NCBI GenBank assembly: GCA_019061405.1
Contig: JAHRAF010000005.1
Location: 4,188 to 68,187, forward strand
Length of the DNA: 64,000 nucleotides
Direction: 5' to 3'
Source of the DNA: Wolbachia endosymbiont of Fragariocoptes setiger
GTDB lineage: Bacteria > Pseudomonadota > Alphaproteobacteria > Rickettsiales > Anaplasmataceae
The stretch's first letter is position 1. The number at the start of each line of letters is the position of its first letter. Shown in pieces: positions 12,501 to 23,197 of the stretch. The notes under the pieces were generated by a model. The model was not told the DNA's origin. It ran no database searches and saw only the letters and a list, made by a program, of their open reading frames with translations. Made by a program: the position numbers and the translations under genes.

Positions 12501-12816
12501 GGGCACAGCTTTGTACTTAAATAATAATGGTATTTTTGCTAAAGCTGTAAATAAAGTGAGAGAAGGTAGACCCCACATCGTTGATATGTTAAAGAATGGT
12601 ACAATAGCTTTAGTAATTAACACATCAAAAGGTATAAAGTCAGTTTCCGATAGTAAGGATATTGGAAGAAATGCTATTGTACATAATGTAGCGCATAGCA
12701 CAACTATTTCTGGAAGTAAAGCATTGGTAATGGCAATAAGCTATGTTAAGAATAGTAGATTAGAAGTAAAATCTCTACAAGAATACTTCAAGAAAGACTT
12801 ATGCAAAATAAATTAA
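9559..12816 (+). CDS. carB: Carbamoyl-phosphate synthase large subunit
   Basis: [24 protein letters not shown], duplicated ATP-grasp halves, C-terminal MGS domain. Confidence 0.98.
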   Translation: MPKRTDIESILLIGSGPIVIGQGCEFDYSGTQSCKVLKSEGYRIVLINSNPATIMTDPEFSDVTYIEPLLPEVIEKVIIKERPNAILPTMGGQTALNCVVKLADSGVLDKYNVELIGINREAIKKAEDRKLFCQSMDKIGLKYPKSIIVKNQDEIKKALNYIGLPAVIRSSFTLGGTGSGIAYNKEEFFDIAENALKNSPIYEVQIDESIIGWKEYEMEVVRDYKDNCIVVCSIENVDPMGVHTGDSITVAPALTLRDAEFQQMRNASISVLREIGINAGGANVQFAINPREEGSLVVIEMNPRVSRSSALASKATGFPIAKIATKLAIGYSLDEIRNDCAPIIPASFEPAIDYIVTKVPRFEFEKFKDTNCELSTSMKSVGEVMSIGRTFNESLQKALRSLEIGLTGLDEVFPENTDLDYVYSQLARPLPNRILIIADAIRLGVSLKEINTITGYDFWFLQNLQQIVFAEQTIKKNGLPKTAHEILQLKKIGFSDARLAKLSKKETGQIEKLRKNLNVKQVYKRVDTCAAEFKSATSYMYGCYEGYSGQEELRKAECEANISERNKIVILGSGPNRIGQGIEFDYACVHAVSAAKEMGFETIMINCNPETVSTDYDTADRLYFAPLVAEDVIEILEKEQEKGSLVGIIVQIGGQTPLKLAKILHQNGFKILGTSFDSIDLVEDRKKFKKLAIELNLKQPENAICYSVDEALECAKEVGFPLLVRPSYVLGGQSMSIRYDIDTLKEYLLNNTKVFQYGPLLLDRFLMNAVEVDVDALCDGKNVFIAAIMEHIEEAGIHSGDSTCSMPTNTLSPEVTLDIKLQTEKIASMLKVIGLINIQFAIQEKDVYVLEVNLRASRTIPFVSKVINIPVAKLATKVILGKTLDEKNRSFNYFAVKAAVFPFERFSEVDILLGPEMKSTGEVMGIDSSFEAALAKAYMAAGHRLPTGGTVLISVKDDDKEFMLPIAKMLNNLGFEICATQGTALYLNNNGIFAKAVNKVREGRPHIVDMLKNGTIALVINTSKGIKSVSDSKDIGRNAIVHNVAHSTTISGSKALVMAISYVKNSRLEVKSLQEYFKKDLCKIN

Positions 12817-12884
12817 GTAGAAATAAGACTTTTCACACACCTATATTTTTATGATAATTAAATCCATGTTATTTAGTAAAAAAA

Positions 12885-13892
12885 ATGATACTTAGAGCTC
12901 TGATACTGATCTTTATGATCACAATATTTCCTCCTACTGAAGCAAGAGAATATATTAGAATTGTTGGTTCTTCTACTGTCTTTCCATTTGTATCATTTAT
13001 TGCTGAAGAGTTTAATCGTGTTTTTTCATTTAAAACACCAATTGTAGAGTCTATAGGAAGTGGTGCAGGATTTAAAATGTTCTGTTCAGGGTTAGGAGAT
13101 ACTACACCTGATATAAGTACATCATCTCGTCGAATAAAACAAGTAGAAAGGGAACTCTGTCAAAGAAATAAGGTTAATGATATAATAGAAATCATTATTG
13201 GCTATGATGGAGTTGTTATTGCAAATTCAAAGCAAAGCAATAAATTTGATTTTACAATAAATGACCTATTCAATGCACTATCAGCATACTCTGAGAAAGA
13301 TGAAAAACTAGTGAAAAATAACAAAAGATTTTGGTCTGATGTAAATAAGATTTTTCCGGAAGCAGAAATTGAAATTTATGGTCCTTATCACAATACTGGA
13401 ACTTACGACACTTTAATTAATTTTGTCATGCATAATCAATATTCATGCATGAATTCAAGAATTTTTAAAGACATTTATAAAAATATAGAAGAGAGAAAAA
13501 ATGCATGTAGCACCATACGGGATGATGGTCGATATGTAGAGGTTGCAATTAATGAAAACATAATAATACAAAAACTTAAAAGTAATAAAAATGCTCTTGG
13601 TATATTTAGCTTTAGTTTTTTAATGAGGAATCAGGATAAAGTACAAGGAAGCACTATTGCTGGCATTGAACCCACATATGAGAATATACTATCAGGGAAA
13701 TACATTCTAGCCAGACCTTTATATCTCTATATAAAAAAGGATCATATCGACCTTATCAAAGGATTGAAAGAATTCATTAGAGAAATTAAATATGCTGTTA
13801 ACATTGAAAATGGTTACCTTTCTAAATTAGGCTTAATACCATGTACAAGTGATGAACTCAAGAAAATCACTGATATAATAGATAATATTTAA
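12885..13892 (+). CDS. pstS: Phosphate ABC transporter substrate-binding protein PstS
   Basis: Signal peptide; IRIVGSSTVFPF, GSGAGFKMFC, IGYDGVV, GTYDT and YILARPLYLY motifs. Confidence 0.88.
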   Translation: MILRALILIFMITIFPPTEAREYIRIVGSSTVFPFVSFIAEEFNRVFSFKTPIVESIGSGAGFKMFCSGLGDTTPDISTSSRRIKQVERELCQRNKVNDIIEIIIGYDGVVIANSKQSNKFDFTINDLFNALSAYSEKDEKLVKNNKRFWSDVNKIFPEAEIEIYGPYHNTGTYDTLINFVMHNQYSCMNSRIFKDIYKNIEERKNACSTIRDDGRYVEVAINENIIIQKLKSNKNALGIFSFSFLMRNQDKVQGSTIAGIEPTYENILSGKYILARPLYLYIKKDHIDLIKGLKEFIREIKYAVNIENGYLSKLGLIPCTSDELKKITDIIDNI

Positions 13893-14015
13893 AAATCCTT
13901 ATCAAGGAAGTGGTCTACTACATTAAAAATCTGGGTATAGTGAAAGAAAAGGAGAATTTCATGCCTTAGACAGATAATCTATAAATATGTTTCTTTTTCA
14001 ATCTAGACAAAGGTA

Positions 14016-14046
14016 AGGAGAAGAACTTTTTTTAAAGACTTCTCCT
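14016..14046. terminator. Putative bidirectional intrinsic terminator between convergent pstS and 14074..15624
   Basis: AGGAGAAG (14016-23) pairs with CTTCTCCT (14039-46); inner CTTT/AAAG stem; T-rich flank. Confidence 0.55.
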
Positions 14047-14073
14047 CCTTTTATAAAGGTAGTTTTTATAAAG

Positions 14074-15624
14074 TTATCTAGAAAGAAGAGAGTAGATACA
14101 TGAAAAAATATTACCTTTCTTTTTTTGCTTCTCTTGAACTAAATTACTGACTTGAGGTTCTTTAACGAATGAAGTTTGTGGTTTTTGCTTCTTACTAGTG
14201 TTTCCTACTTTATCAGTATTCTTTTTAAAACTTTTTTTCTTAATCGATGAAATATACATGTTTTCTTTATTATCATCCTGGTTCAAGGATGAGGTCGTAT
14301 GTGTCTCTCCATTAGTCTTTTTTTCTAAAGATTTTTGATTAGTATTGTTTTTCATAGCAGGGTTAGATATATTGTCCGCATACGTTTCTTCACTAGTGGT
14401 ATATATTTGCTCATGAACGTTATTTTGTTGTGCACTATTAACTGAAGAAACTCTGGGCCTCTTTAATGGCCTGCAACCAAGCTTTCTTTCATGCGTTAAA
14501 CTTGGATCAATTTCAAATCGACCATTTGCAGTCACGAAAGAATTTCTTATAAAAGTCTGAATTAAATTAGTAAGCTGTTTGTTAGAGATACCATATGTCC
14601 CTCCGTTCTTTTTTCCTTTGGTCGATTCGGTTTTACCTTCAATGTTACTTATCGCATCTCCACAATTAAGATACTTGAAGGCGTTATTAATTGCTTGTGC
14701 TTCTCTACTGTTTAGGTACCTTGTCTTACCATCACCATTTTTTATGGCAGGAATCATGACGATACGCTCTTCATTTCTTATCTTTTCTTCTTCTTCATGA
14801 ATGAAATTATCGCATATATAACCATCTATTTCCATACCTGTGAGAATGAAAATAGTCTCAGTTACAATATCCTTATAATTTCCAATCTTTTCATCTTGAC
14901 TCCTTAAACAATTGAAATCCTCTGCTATTCTCATTTTAGTAAGTGACGACATTTTTCGAACAAACTCTTCATTGAAGTTTGCTTTTTTTAACATCATTTG
15001 ACAATCATCTGATGATATATTCCAATGATCTCTAATTTCAACACCAAGAAACTGTGTTATACTCTTAAGAAGTGTAACCGACTTAATCAATAAGTCATAC
15101 GAATGTCCATCTTGAGTTCCCTCTGTAACAAAGGATGCGCTATGTAAGTATGGTGATGAGCTGTCTAAGGGTTCATTTATTATCATCTTTGTCATCTTTC
15201 CCATATTTTTCTCTTGAGACTGCTGGCATAGGAATATTCGCATATTTAGAAAAACCCCATGAGCAAAGTATTTCTTAAGATTGTCAACCACTTCCTCATC
15301 AACCGGCGTTGCAAACTCATACATATCTTCACTCACAGGCCGTAACTTATCCTTGGTTAAATTAAAAGGGAAACTATCAGTATTAAAGTACTTTTTTGTG
15401 TTATTTTCACTAAAATAGAATTTCTTTACCACCCCTTCTCTCATTTTGAATAAATATTGCTCAGGTTTAGTGCCTTGACTACAAGAAATATTAGTCACTA
15501 ATTCATTAGTCTCTTCTCTATACCAAAAGTTAGTACTTATATCATCAATACCACAATTAATATTATTAAACTCGTCAATTAAAGCTTTTATTAATCCAGC
15601 ATCTTGAGAAGTTATTGCGCTCAT
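14074..15624 (-). CDS. Hypothetical 516 aa protein with low-complexity basic C-terminus (candidate effector)
   Basis: Long ORF with GGAGG RBS upstream of the ATG; no recognised family motif; Lys/Ser/Asn-rich tail with RPLKRPR and KQKKK. Confidence 0.75.
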   Translation of the reverse strand: MSAITSQDAGLIKALIDEFNNINCGIDDISTNFWYREETNELVTNISCSQGTKPEQYLFKMREGVVKKFYFSENNTKKYFNTDSFPFNLTKDKLRPVSEDMYEFATPVDEEVVDNLKKYFAHGVFLNMRIFLCQQSQEKNMGKMTKMIINEPLDSSSPYLHSASFVTEGTQDGHSYDLLIKSVTLLKSITQFLGVEIRDHWNISSDDCQMMLKKANFNEEFVRKMSSLTKMRIAEDFNCLRSQDEKIGNYKDIVTETIFILTGMEIDGYICDNFIHEEEEKIRNEERIVMIPAIKNGDGKTRYLNSREAQAINNAFKYLNCGDAISNIEGKTESTKGKKNGGTYGISNKQLTNLIQTFIRNSFVTANGRFEIDPSLTHERKLGCRPLKRPRVSSVNSAQQNNVHEQIYTTSEETYADNISNPAMKNNTNQKSLEKKTNGETHTTSSLNQDDNKENMYISSIKKKSFKKNTDKVGNTSKKQKPQTSFVKEPQVSNLVQEKQKKKGNIFSCIYSLLSR

Positions 15625-15637
15625 AGTTTTAACCTCC

Positions 15638-15889
15638 TTACCTACTAAAACCTTTTTTTCCTAATTCTTCTTTATTTCTTCTTGCTTCTTCTCTACTTTT
15701 TCTTGCTTCTTCCATCATTTTCCTAACTACTTCACTAGTGTTGCGAGATTTATCATATTTACTCGGATCTATAGGACCTGTAAGTGCACCACCTGGTGGA
15801 TATTTTTCTATATCATCATACTTTGAGCTCGATGAACCTTGTGATGAACCTTGTGAACCTTGATTATTTTTTTTCATATTATTCTCCAT
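15638..15889 (-). CDS. Small hypothetical protein (79-83 aa), charged, with QGS repeats
   Basis: Tightly packed between two orphan ORFs (13 and 26 bp gaps); a GGAG RBS precedes the second Met (MKKNN). Confidence 0.65.
   Translation of the reverse strand: MENNMKKNNQGSQGSSQGSSSSKYDDIEKYPPGGALTGPIDPSKYDKSRNTSEVVRKMMEEARKSREEARRNKEELGKKGFSR
15831..15863. repeat. 12-bp tandem repeat (GATGAACCTTGT)x2 plus a partial copy, encoding QGSQGSSQGSS
   Basis: Read directly from the sequence. Confidence 0.8.
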
Positions 15890-15915
15890 TAATAAACATA
15901 TTTTAAATACACTCT

Positions 15916-17142
15916 TTATATCCTTGCATAAGACTGTAATCCATTTTGTAGACGAATATCTTTATCATTAAGTTGTGTCGAGACAGCTGTGGCATGGTTA
16001 GGGAGATCTACTCTCTTGGAACCAATATCAAGGCCATTAAGCAGATCAGTCAAAGTGTTTTTTTCGTTCTGCATTGGTATGTTAAATGCTTTCACTCTTG
16101 TAGCACATCTATTTTCTTGTGTTGAGAAGTTAGAAGAACCTCTTCTTTCTTTCCCATCAACCTCCCTATTTCCTGACTTAGAATTTTCCTCTCTACGCTC
16201 ACTCTTAGCAGTTGATTTGTTATTATCCACATTAGGTTTCCCTTCAAACTTTTTGTCTTGTGGGAATTTTTTAATCATTTGTTCTGCAGGATGAAGAGGA
16301 ACTTTTGCACTTTTTAGCTTTATTATTGGTGGTATTGTTTCTTCTCTTGGTCTTCCTAAATTCGCTATACGTCCAGCATGAGCAGAGATTACTATAATAC
16401 CTGCTACAAGGTTGTATTCGATATTTGTACCATTGATCATGTTATATCTTTGATTGTAAAGTGATTGCTCGTTCACTTTTTCCTCCTCTAGTCTCTCGCT
16501 GCTCATATTAACATAATTTTCATTCTTTACAACATCTAATTTCAAAGAATCTACTATTTTTGTAATAAATGATGATAATGATGTTACTATTAGACCCATC
16601 ATTGACGTTATCACAAGGAAAAGACTGAGTGTTCGTAGCTTTTGCCCTATTTTAAATATCTCATCCTTAGATAAACCAGCAACTTTCAATTTCTCTAAAA
16701 GTTTATCTATTTCTTTCAACAATGTTTCATTGAAATTTAATTTCAATTGAGGGTGAAAAACTTTATTAAGCAAAAGTTTAAAAAACCTAACCATTTCAGC
16801 AAGGAAATTTTTTCTCTTATTTTCATGAGACATAAGCAACTTCTCAACCTCATGATATTCATCATTTGACAGAAATAACTGAAAAAGATGTTTAAGAGCA
16901 TTAAATCCTTTATGTTTTCTCTCATCTCCCTCAGTACTTGAATACATCTCTGTGACTTTCTCAAGAAGAAGAGTCAGATTTTCACTCACTTCATCCTCAA
17001 TTTTATTGGATAACTCAATTGATTCCTGAGTTGTTTTTTCTATTTCCTTAAGATCAACTAATTCTTTAATGTTTCCAGATGTTTCCTCCTTTATCTTTCC
17101 ATAAAAAATTTCATCATCGCAGTTGTTAATGTATTTACTCAT
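15916..17142 (-). CDS. Hypothetical 408 aa protein: helical N-half, central hydrophobic segment, disordered C-half
   Basis: Long ORF with GAGG immediately before the ATG; hydrophobic LSLFLVITSMMGLIVTSLSSFI; no recognised family. Confidence 0.75.
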   Translation of the reverse strand: MSKYINNCDDEIFYGKIKEETSGNIKELVDLKEIEKTTQESIELSNKIEDEVSENLTLLLEKVTEMYSSTEGDERKHKGFNALKHLFQLFLSNDEYHEVEKLLMSHENKRKNFLAEMVRFFKLLLNKVFHPQLKLNFNETLLKEIDKLLEKLKVAGLSKDEIFKIGQKLRTLSLFLVITSMMGLIVTSLSSFITKIVDSLKLDVVKNENYVNMSSERLEEEKVNEQSLYNQRYNMINGTNIEYNLVAGIIVISAHAGRIANLGRPREETIPPIIKLKSAKVPLHPAEQMIKKFPQDKKFEGKPNVDNNKSTAKSERREENSKSGNREVDGKERRGSSNFSTQENRCATRVKAFNIPMQNEKNTLTDLLNGLDIGSKRVDLPNHATAVSTQLNDKDIRLQNGLQSYARI

Positions 17143-17314
17143 TCCTCAGTACCCACTAATTAAGATGCATATTGTGATTATACTTTAAAGTATTTAATAA
17201 CTATTAATTAATAATGTCAACTATTATAGTCATTAATATATACATGACATATTAAAGATATTTAATATTCTCATAGACACTATTCTATTAATATAGTTTA
17301 TTCAATAGATAAAA

Positions 17315-17944
17315 CTATTGACCTTTTAAAAGCGAATTTATAAAAGGAATTGTAATATTTACTCCTGTAGATTTATTATCAACTTTTTCTATGAGATTAC
17401 TAACACTAAGAAAAGAGCGTTCTATTCTTGATAAAATATAATCAATTACTTTTAAGTCTATTTTCAATTGTTTGTCAGAAAATTGTTTAATTAGCATTAT
17501 TTTCAATAATTCTTCACTAGCCGGATAAATCCTTATTTGAGGAATTGATAGTATACGAGAGCTCAAATCTCTTAACTTAAATCCCATTCCTTTTGCTGGT
17601 AATAAAGAGGTGATTAACAATCTCTTATTGTTTTCCTTTAAGTAATTATAACAATGTAATAATTCTTTCTCATTTTTAATATTGTGCACATCTTCTAAAA
17701 TAAATGCATTGCTATATCTAAGATCACTTATAAAGTTATTAACATTGATAAAAATTGCACTATTTATTACTCTCCAAATATGAGCAAGATGCGTTTTTCC
17801 TGATTTTCTCGGTCCAAAAAGTATTAGACACTGCCAAGATAAATCATTTACTACTAGGTCATAAACACTTTTATTCTCATCTAATACAATGTAATTCTCT
17901 TGACTATAATCAACCGAATCATTAGTAAATAGGTTTAATTGCAT
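17315..17944 (-). CDS. hda: DnaA regulatory inactivator Hda/HdaA
   Basis: Likely start ATG 17944 gives MQLNLF (beta-clamp motif); Walker A GPRKSGKT; DnaA-like AAA+; lies downstream of an AI-2E gene as in other alphaproteobacteria. Confidence 0.8.
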   Translation of the reverse strand: MQLNLFTNDSVDYSQENYIVLDENKSVYDLVVNDLSWQCLILFGPRKSGKTHLAHIWRVINSAIFINVNNFISDLRYSNAFILEDVHNIKNEKELLHCYNYLKENNKRLLITSLLPAKGMGFKLRDLSSRILSIPQIRIYPASEELLKIMLIKQFSDKQLKIDLKVIDYILSRIERSFLSVSNLIEKVDNKSTGVNITIPFINSLLKGQ

Positions 17945-17945
17945 A

Positions 17946-19019
17946 TCAACCTTGTTTATAAAATAAACTTTGACAGTATTTATTAAAAGCAATGCTTAGT
18001 GACACATTTATAATCGCTATTATAGGAATAAATAATAATATACCTATAAAACCAAAGTATGATGTACACAATGCTATTCCTAAAATAATTGTTACAGGAT
18101 GCATATGTACTTTTCTTCCTATCAAAAAAGGAACCAATATATTAGCATCTATGATCTGACCAACCAGAAATAGTACTAAAACACTAAGAATTTTTACCCA
18201 TTCACTAAACTGAGTGATAGCACTTAAAAAACCAATGGTAGAATATAATAATGAACCCATGTAAGGTACAAATGTCAATATTCCTGATAAAACTCCCATA
18301 GCAATAGAGTGTTTTAAACCTATTATATTTAGGCCAACTGAATAAAATATCATCATAATAATGCAAATGTTTACTTGCCCTCTGAGATAATTGGAGATAA
18401 TGAAATCTACTTTTAAAAAATAATCTTTAACTTCCTTTCTATATGGAATAGGAATAAGGTTATTCATTTTCTCTATAAAAAAAGGCAAATCACGCAAAAC
18501 ATAGAAAAATATTATAGGAGTAATTACTAATAAGGACATGGTATGGACTAAACTAAAGCTAGAACTTAGTATGTGAGTTAAAAAGTTACTTATAACCTTA
18601 AAAGCATTGATAATATAAATTAAGTAATCATCATAATTATCTGTTAAATTTTTTGATAACTGACTGAACAAATTATTATCAAATTTCATATCACAAAACT
18701 CCAATAAATAGGGAATGACTTTATTTTTTAGTAGTGGTATCTTATTTCCTAAAAAGTCTATTATATTAATAATTTGTACATATATGACAGGCAAGACAAG
18801 TATAATAATTAATATCAAAATCGTTGATAAGATAAACATTATTAAAATGACTGAATAGAGTCGTGGTAGCTTGTATTTTTCTAATTTAAGCACCAAAGGA
18901 TTAAATAAATATGCGATCACTATAGAAGTTATGCATGGAAAAATTATTGGATGCATTAGGAATAATACAGCTATCAGAAAAAGCAATATAGAACAGATGG
19001 TTATGTAACGTTTCTCCAT
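17946..19019 (-). CDS. AI-2E (PerM) family transporter
   Basis: Polytopic; IAYLFNPLV, YLRGQ, FVPYMG, LVPFLIG and HPVTII motifs. Confidence 0.85.
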   Translation of the reverse strand: MEKRYITICSILLFLIAVLFLMHPIIFPCITSIVIAYLFNPLVLKLEKYKLPRLYSVILIMFILSTILILIIILVLPVIYVQIINIIDFLGNKIPLLKNKVIPYLLEFCDMKFDNNLFSQLSKNLTDNYDDYLIYIINAFKVISNFLTHILSSSFSLVHTMSLLVITPIIFFYVLRDLPFFIEKMNNLIPIPYRKEVKDYFLKVDFIISNYLRGQVNICIIMMIFYSVGLNIIGLKHSIAMGVLSGILTFVPYMGSLLYSTIGFLSAITQFSEWVKILSVLVLFLVGQIIDANILVPFLIGRKVHMHPVTIILGIALCTSYFGFIGILLFIPIIAIINVSLSIAFNKYCQSLFYKQG

Positions 19020-19164
19020 TCTTCTAGTTTATTTGATTTACCCAGTGAAATATAGCGTTTTCTCATTGAAAACATTTTAAAAGTTTTATAATCCTAATCT
19101 TCACTTTTACACCTCGCGTTATACAATAACACTTTTAAATCGTTGTAACATTCAATTTAGTTAT

Positions 19165-20301
19165 CTAGATATCAAGGTTATAATGAGTATGTAAATCTCT
19201 TAATAAAGTTTCAGCGTACTTTCTTTCTACAATTATACTAATTTTAATCTCTGATGTTGAGATAGCAAGCATTTCTATCTTATTTCTATTCAGAACCTTG
19301 AACATACATGATATGACATCCATATTGGACATAACGCCAATACCGATAATTGAAATTCTCGCTATATCATAATCAATTTCACAGTCACTCAATAAACTTA
19401 TTATTTTTCTAATATCAGATTTAGAAATAACAAGACTTGTACCGTGTATCATATGTATATTTATTCCGGTACTTACCATACTTTCTATAGTATGCACACT
19501 AAGTGTGGAGAAATTAATTAACGCTTCATCAGTACTACATGTTATTCCAGTGACTAAATGTTCTTCCATATTTGACAATACAGTAGTCCCTTCTGTATCT
19601 CGAAATGTCGAAAGCACTTGCAATTTTATATTATATTTCATCGCTAGCTGAATTGAACGGCTATGTAGGATTTTAGCACCAGATGAAGACATTTCCAATA
19701 TTTCACTATAGGAAATAGACTTCAGCTTAGACGCTTTAAAAACAATCTTGGGATCAGCAGTATATATTCCATCAACATCAGTAAAAATCTGACAATTGGT
19801 TACATTCAAAGCTATTGCTAAAGCAACTACAGATATATCAGATCCTCCCCTACCAAAAGTAGTCAATCTATTCTCAAAAAGACCTTGAAAGCCAGCAACT
19901 ACTGCAACTGTATATCCTTCACAAAAAGATTGATGTAAGCATTCAACTTTTATATCCGTTATCCTAGACTGAGAGTGAAAGTTATTAGTAATAATTGGCA
20001 GTTGCCATGCAAGCCATGACCTAGCATTTACACCTATTGATTGAAGAAGCATTGATAATAGTCCACAAGAGATTTGTTCTCCTGAAGAGAGCAGAACATC
20101 GTACTCGGATAATTCTTGATTGTTATTTAAATTCGAGATTTGCTGTGCCTGTAAAACTAATTGGTTAGTTACATCTGCAATTGCAGATACTACTACTACT
20201 ACATTATAACCTTTTACCACATCACGTTTAATGAGGTTTGCAACTCTTCTCAGGTGAACTAAAGATGTTCCGCCAAATTTTTTTACAATTATATTATTCA
20301 C
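19165..20301 (-). CDS. lysC: Aspartate kinase
   Basis: VKKFGGTS, VVVSA, AGFQG, TTFGRGGSD, DVDGIYTADP and ACT-like STSEIKIS. Probable GTG start at 20301 (track start 20379 is likely over-extended). Confidence 0.93.
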   Translation of the reverse strand: MNNIIVKKFGGTSLVHLRRVANLIKRDVVKGYNVVVVVSAIADVTNQLVLQAQQISNLNNNQELSEYDVLLSSGEQISCGLLSMLLQSIGVNARSWLAWQLPIITNNFHSQSRITDIKVECLHQSFCEGYTVAVVAGFQGLFENRLTTFGRGGSDISVVALAIALNVTNCQIFTDVDGIYTADPKIVFKASKLKSISYSEILEMSSSGAKILHSRSIQLAMKYNIKLQVLSTFRDTEGTTVLSNMEEHLVTGITCSTDEALINFSTLSVHTIESMVSTGINIHMIHGTSLVISKSDIRKIISLLSDCEIDYDIARISIIGIGVMSNMDVISCMFKVLNRNKIEMLAISTSEIKISIIVERKYAETLLRDLHTHYNLDI

Positions 20302-20402
20302 TATTTGCGAAAACTCAATACAATATACTAAATACGTTACTACAGTCTTTAGTGTAATTTTGATTTTACTTAAAATCAATTGTAATTAAGAAGAAGTCTT
20401 GT

Positions 20403-20489
20403 GGAAAGGTGGCTGAGAGGTCTAAAGCACACGCTTGGAAGGCGTGCACATACGAAAATATGTCGAGGGTTCGAATCCCTCCCTTTCCG
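20403..20489 (+). tRNA. tRNA-Ser (anticodon GGA)
   Basis: Acceptor GGAAAGG/CCTTTCC, anticodon arm CACGC-TTGGAAG-GCGTG, long variable arm, GGTTCGAATCC T-loop; CCA not encoded. Confidence 0.95.
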
Positions 20490-20523
20490 TTTTTTAATTA
20501 CCAAAGCCTAAAATCAGTGTCGA

Positions 20524-21696
20524 TCATCTATCAACTTCTCCAAAAACTATATCTAGAGAACCAAGAATTGCTGCTATATCAGCTAGCATATGACCTTTTG
20601 CCATAAAATCTAAGGCCTGCAAATGCGCGAAACCAGGAGCTCTTATTCGACACCTATAAGGTTTATTTGTTCCGTCTGACACTATGTATACTCCAAACTC
20701 ACCTTTTGGAGCCTCAACAGCAACATAGGACTCACCTTCTGGCACATGATAACCTTCTGAGTATAACTTAAAATGGTGAATTAGAGCTTCCATAGACCTT
20801 TTCATCTCAGCTCTTGGTGGTGGAGAAATTTTTCTATTATCAGTTTTAACAAGACCTTTTGGAAGTTTTTCTATGCACTGCTTTACTAGAGAAATTGATT
20901 GTCTAATTTCTGCCATTCTTACAAGATAACGATCATAACAATCACCGTTTTGACCAATAGGTATATCAAAATCGAGCTGATCATAGATTTCATATGGCTG
21001 GCTTTTCCTTAAATCCCAAGGAATTCCTGACGCTCGCAACATGGGACCAGTAAAACCCCAATCAAGTGCTTGCTTAGATGAAACTATACCAATTCCCACA
21101 GTACGCTGCTTCCAGATTCTGTTTTCTGTCAACAAGTTATCAACATCATCAATCTGTTTAGGAAATTCATCAATAAATTTTGCTATACTATCAACTAGCT
21201 CATTAGTAATATCAGCAGCAACTCCACCTGGTCTAATATAAGCTGCATGAAACCTTGCTCCTGAAGCTTTCTCATAAAATGAAAGTATTTTTTCCCTTTC
21301 CTCAAATAACCATAAAAGAGGTGTCATTGCACCAACGTCCAATGCTTGAGAAGAGACACTAAGTAAGTGGTTTAATATTCTAGTGAGTTCGCAAAATAAG
21401 ACACGTAGGTACTTTGCTCTAGGCGGAATTTCACACTGTAATAAACTCTCTACACATAATGAATATGCATGTTCTTGTGCCATTGGTGACACATAGTCAA
21501 GACGATCAAAGTAAGGTAAAGCCTGAAGATAAGTTTTATATTCTATCAATTTTTCAGTTCCACGATGCAAAAGTCCTATGTGAGGATCTGTCCTTTCAAT
21601 AATTTCACCATCCATTTCTAATACTAGGCGTAAAACACCATGTGCTGCAGGATGCTGCGGTCCAAAATTTAATGTCATGGTTTTTAGATCAGGCAT
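20524..21696 (-). CDS. nuoD: NADH-quinone oxidoreductase subunit D
   Basis: [37 protein letters not shown] and C-terminal DIVFGEVDR. Confidence 0.98.
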   Translation of the reverse strand: MPDLKTMTLNFGPQHPAAHGVLRLVLEMDGEIIERTDPHIGLLHRGTEKLIEYKTYLQALPYFDRLDYVSPMAQEHAYSLCVESLLQCEIPPRAKYLRVLFCELTRILNHLLSVSSQALDVGAMTPLLWLFEEREKILSFYEKASGARFHAAYIRPGGVAADITNELVDSIAKFIDEFPKQIDDVDNLLTENRIWKQRTVGIGIVSSKQALDWGFTGPMLRASGIPWDLRKSQPYEIYDQLDFDIPIGQNGDCYDRYLVRMAEIRQSISLVKQCIEKLPKGLVKTDNRKISPPPRAEMKRSMEALIHHFKLYSEGYHVPEGESYVAVEAPKGEFGVYIVSDGTNKPYRCRIRAPGFAHLQALDFMAKGHMLADIAAILGSLDIVFGEVDR

Positions 21697-21857
21697 ATAA
21701 CAAGTGTTTAAACTACTAAGTTATATAAATTTAAGAGTATTAAAAGTCAATAAATTATAAAGTAACTTTCTAAAAATTAATTTGATGATAGTATTGTTTT
21801 AATTATAAAATAATATATAATTATTATTATAAAGATTAGATTTTTAGGTATATTATT

Positions 21858-22238
21858 ATGACGGGTAATGGGCAAGAAGACGAATTCATGAAAGAGTACA
21901 TGAAAACCTGTAAAGAGCAGATAGAAAAACTAGCTAATGACCCTGAACTACTCAATCAAACTCTAAGGCCGTTTATGGAGATGTCGCAACAGTTAATGAC
22001 CGGAGGAGTATTAGGTGATAGTGCCACATCTAAGCCTATGATCTCTAAATCAAGTGGTATGACCATTGAAACGGTGATACCCCAAATTTCTGAAATGATC
22101 AATTACATTAAAGAAAATCATAAAGATATAGTCACATCATATGAATTACAAGATGAGATGATTCAAAACCTTGATGAGTATAGCAAAAGGTTCAGATCTC
22201 TAGTTAAGAAGTTAATAGAAAAATTTGACAACAAATAG
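21858..22238 (+). CDS. Hypothetical helical protein
   Basis: 126 aa ORF that fills the gap between nuoD and fabH with normal composition. Confidence 0.65.
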   Translation: MTGNGQEDEFMKEYMKTCKEQIEKLANDPELLNQTLRPFMEMSQQLMTGGVLGDSATSKPMISKSSGMTIETVIPQISEMINYIKENHKDIVTSYELQDEMIQNLDEYSKRFRSLVKKLIEKFDNK

Positions 22239-22243
22239 GTTAA

Positions 22244-23197
22244 TTAATAACGTAATAGCACAGATCCCCAACTCAAGCCTGCACCTATTGATACCAGCAG
22301 TAGTAGGTCTCCTTTCTTTAATCTTCTACTCTGTACTGCATAGTCCAGTGCTAACGGAATCGATGCAGATGAAGTATTTGCGTGGTTAGCTACTGTGCTA
22401 ATTACTTTCTCGATAGAAAAGGATAATTTACTGTTTATCGCTTCGATAATACGTATATTTGCTTGGTGTGGAATCAACCAATCTATATCATCTTTTTCTA
22501 AACAATTAAGTTTTAATGTTTTCTCTATTAGATTTGTTAACTTATCTACCGCATTTCTAAATACCTCTCTTCCATTCATAAATATCTTTCCCGATTTGCT
22601 ATTTGTACATAATATATCTATATTACCATCAGAATATAAATCTGTTGATATTATACCCATTTCCCTAGAATAGCCAATATCATCAATAGATTTCATTACT
22701 ATTGCGCCTGCACCATCTCCAAACAGCACACAAATCGATCTGTCTTTCCAATCAACAATTCTAGACATTATTTCAGCACCTATCACTAAGGCATATTTTA
22801 CTTTACTGTTGGATCTCATAAGTGAATCAGCAACTGTCATACCATATACAAAACCAGAGCATGCTGATTGAACATCGAAAGAAAATGCATTTTTACATTT
22901 TAATTTATTTTGTACAATTGTTGCACAACTAGGTAAAGCCCTATCTGGGGTAGTTGTTGCTACTATAATGAGATCAATATTATCTACCGAAATTTTGGCA
23001 TTCTTTATAGCTCTCCTTGCTGCTTCTACAGCCAAATCTGATGTAAGTTCTTCTTCATCTGCTATATGCCTCTGAACAATGCCAGTTCTTTGAGTAATCC
23101 ACTCATTACTTGTATCAACTATCTTAGCAATTTCATCATTGCTCAATATTTTTTTTGGTAAGTAAGATCCAGTACTTAGTATTATATTTTTACTCAA
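22244..23197 (-). CDS. fabH: Beta-ketoacyl-ACP synthase III
   Basis: WITQRTGI, catalytic ACSGF, LFGDGAGA, PHQAN and ANTSSASIP. Confidence 0.97.
   Translation of the reverse strand: MSKNIILSTGSYLPKKILSNDEIAKIVDTSNEWITQRTGIVQRHIADEEELTSDLAVEAARRAIKNAKISVDNIDLIIVATTTPDRALPSCATIVQNKLKCKNAFSFDVQSACSGFVYGMTVADSLMRSNSKVKYALVIGAEIMSRIVDWKDRSICVLFGDGAGAIVMKSIDDIGYSREMGIISTDLYSDGNIDILCTNSKSGKIFMNGREVFRNAVDKLTNLIEKTLKLNCLEKDDIDWLIPHQANIRIIEAINSKLSFSIEKVISTVANHANTSSASIPLALDYAVQSRRLKKGDLLLLVSIGAGLSWGSVLLRY

Noticed and set aside
14074-17142. cifA/cifB cytoplasmic-incompatibility pair or prophage WO cargo
   Set aside because: No PD-(D/E)XK or Ulp1 motifs, sizes do not fit, and there are no phage genes nearby.
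17170-17260. CtrA boxes upstream of the orphan operon
   Set aside because: Several TTAA words occur but none with an exact TTAA-N7-TTAA; expected by chance at this AT content.
20409-20606. 65 aa ORF MAERSKAHAWKA...
   Set aside because: It is the translation of tRNA-Ser plus the antisense end of nuoD.
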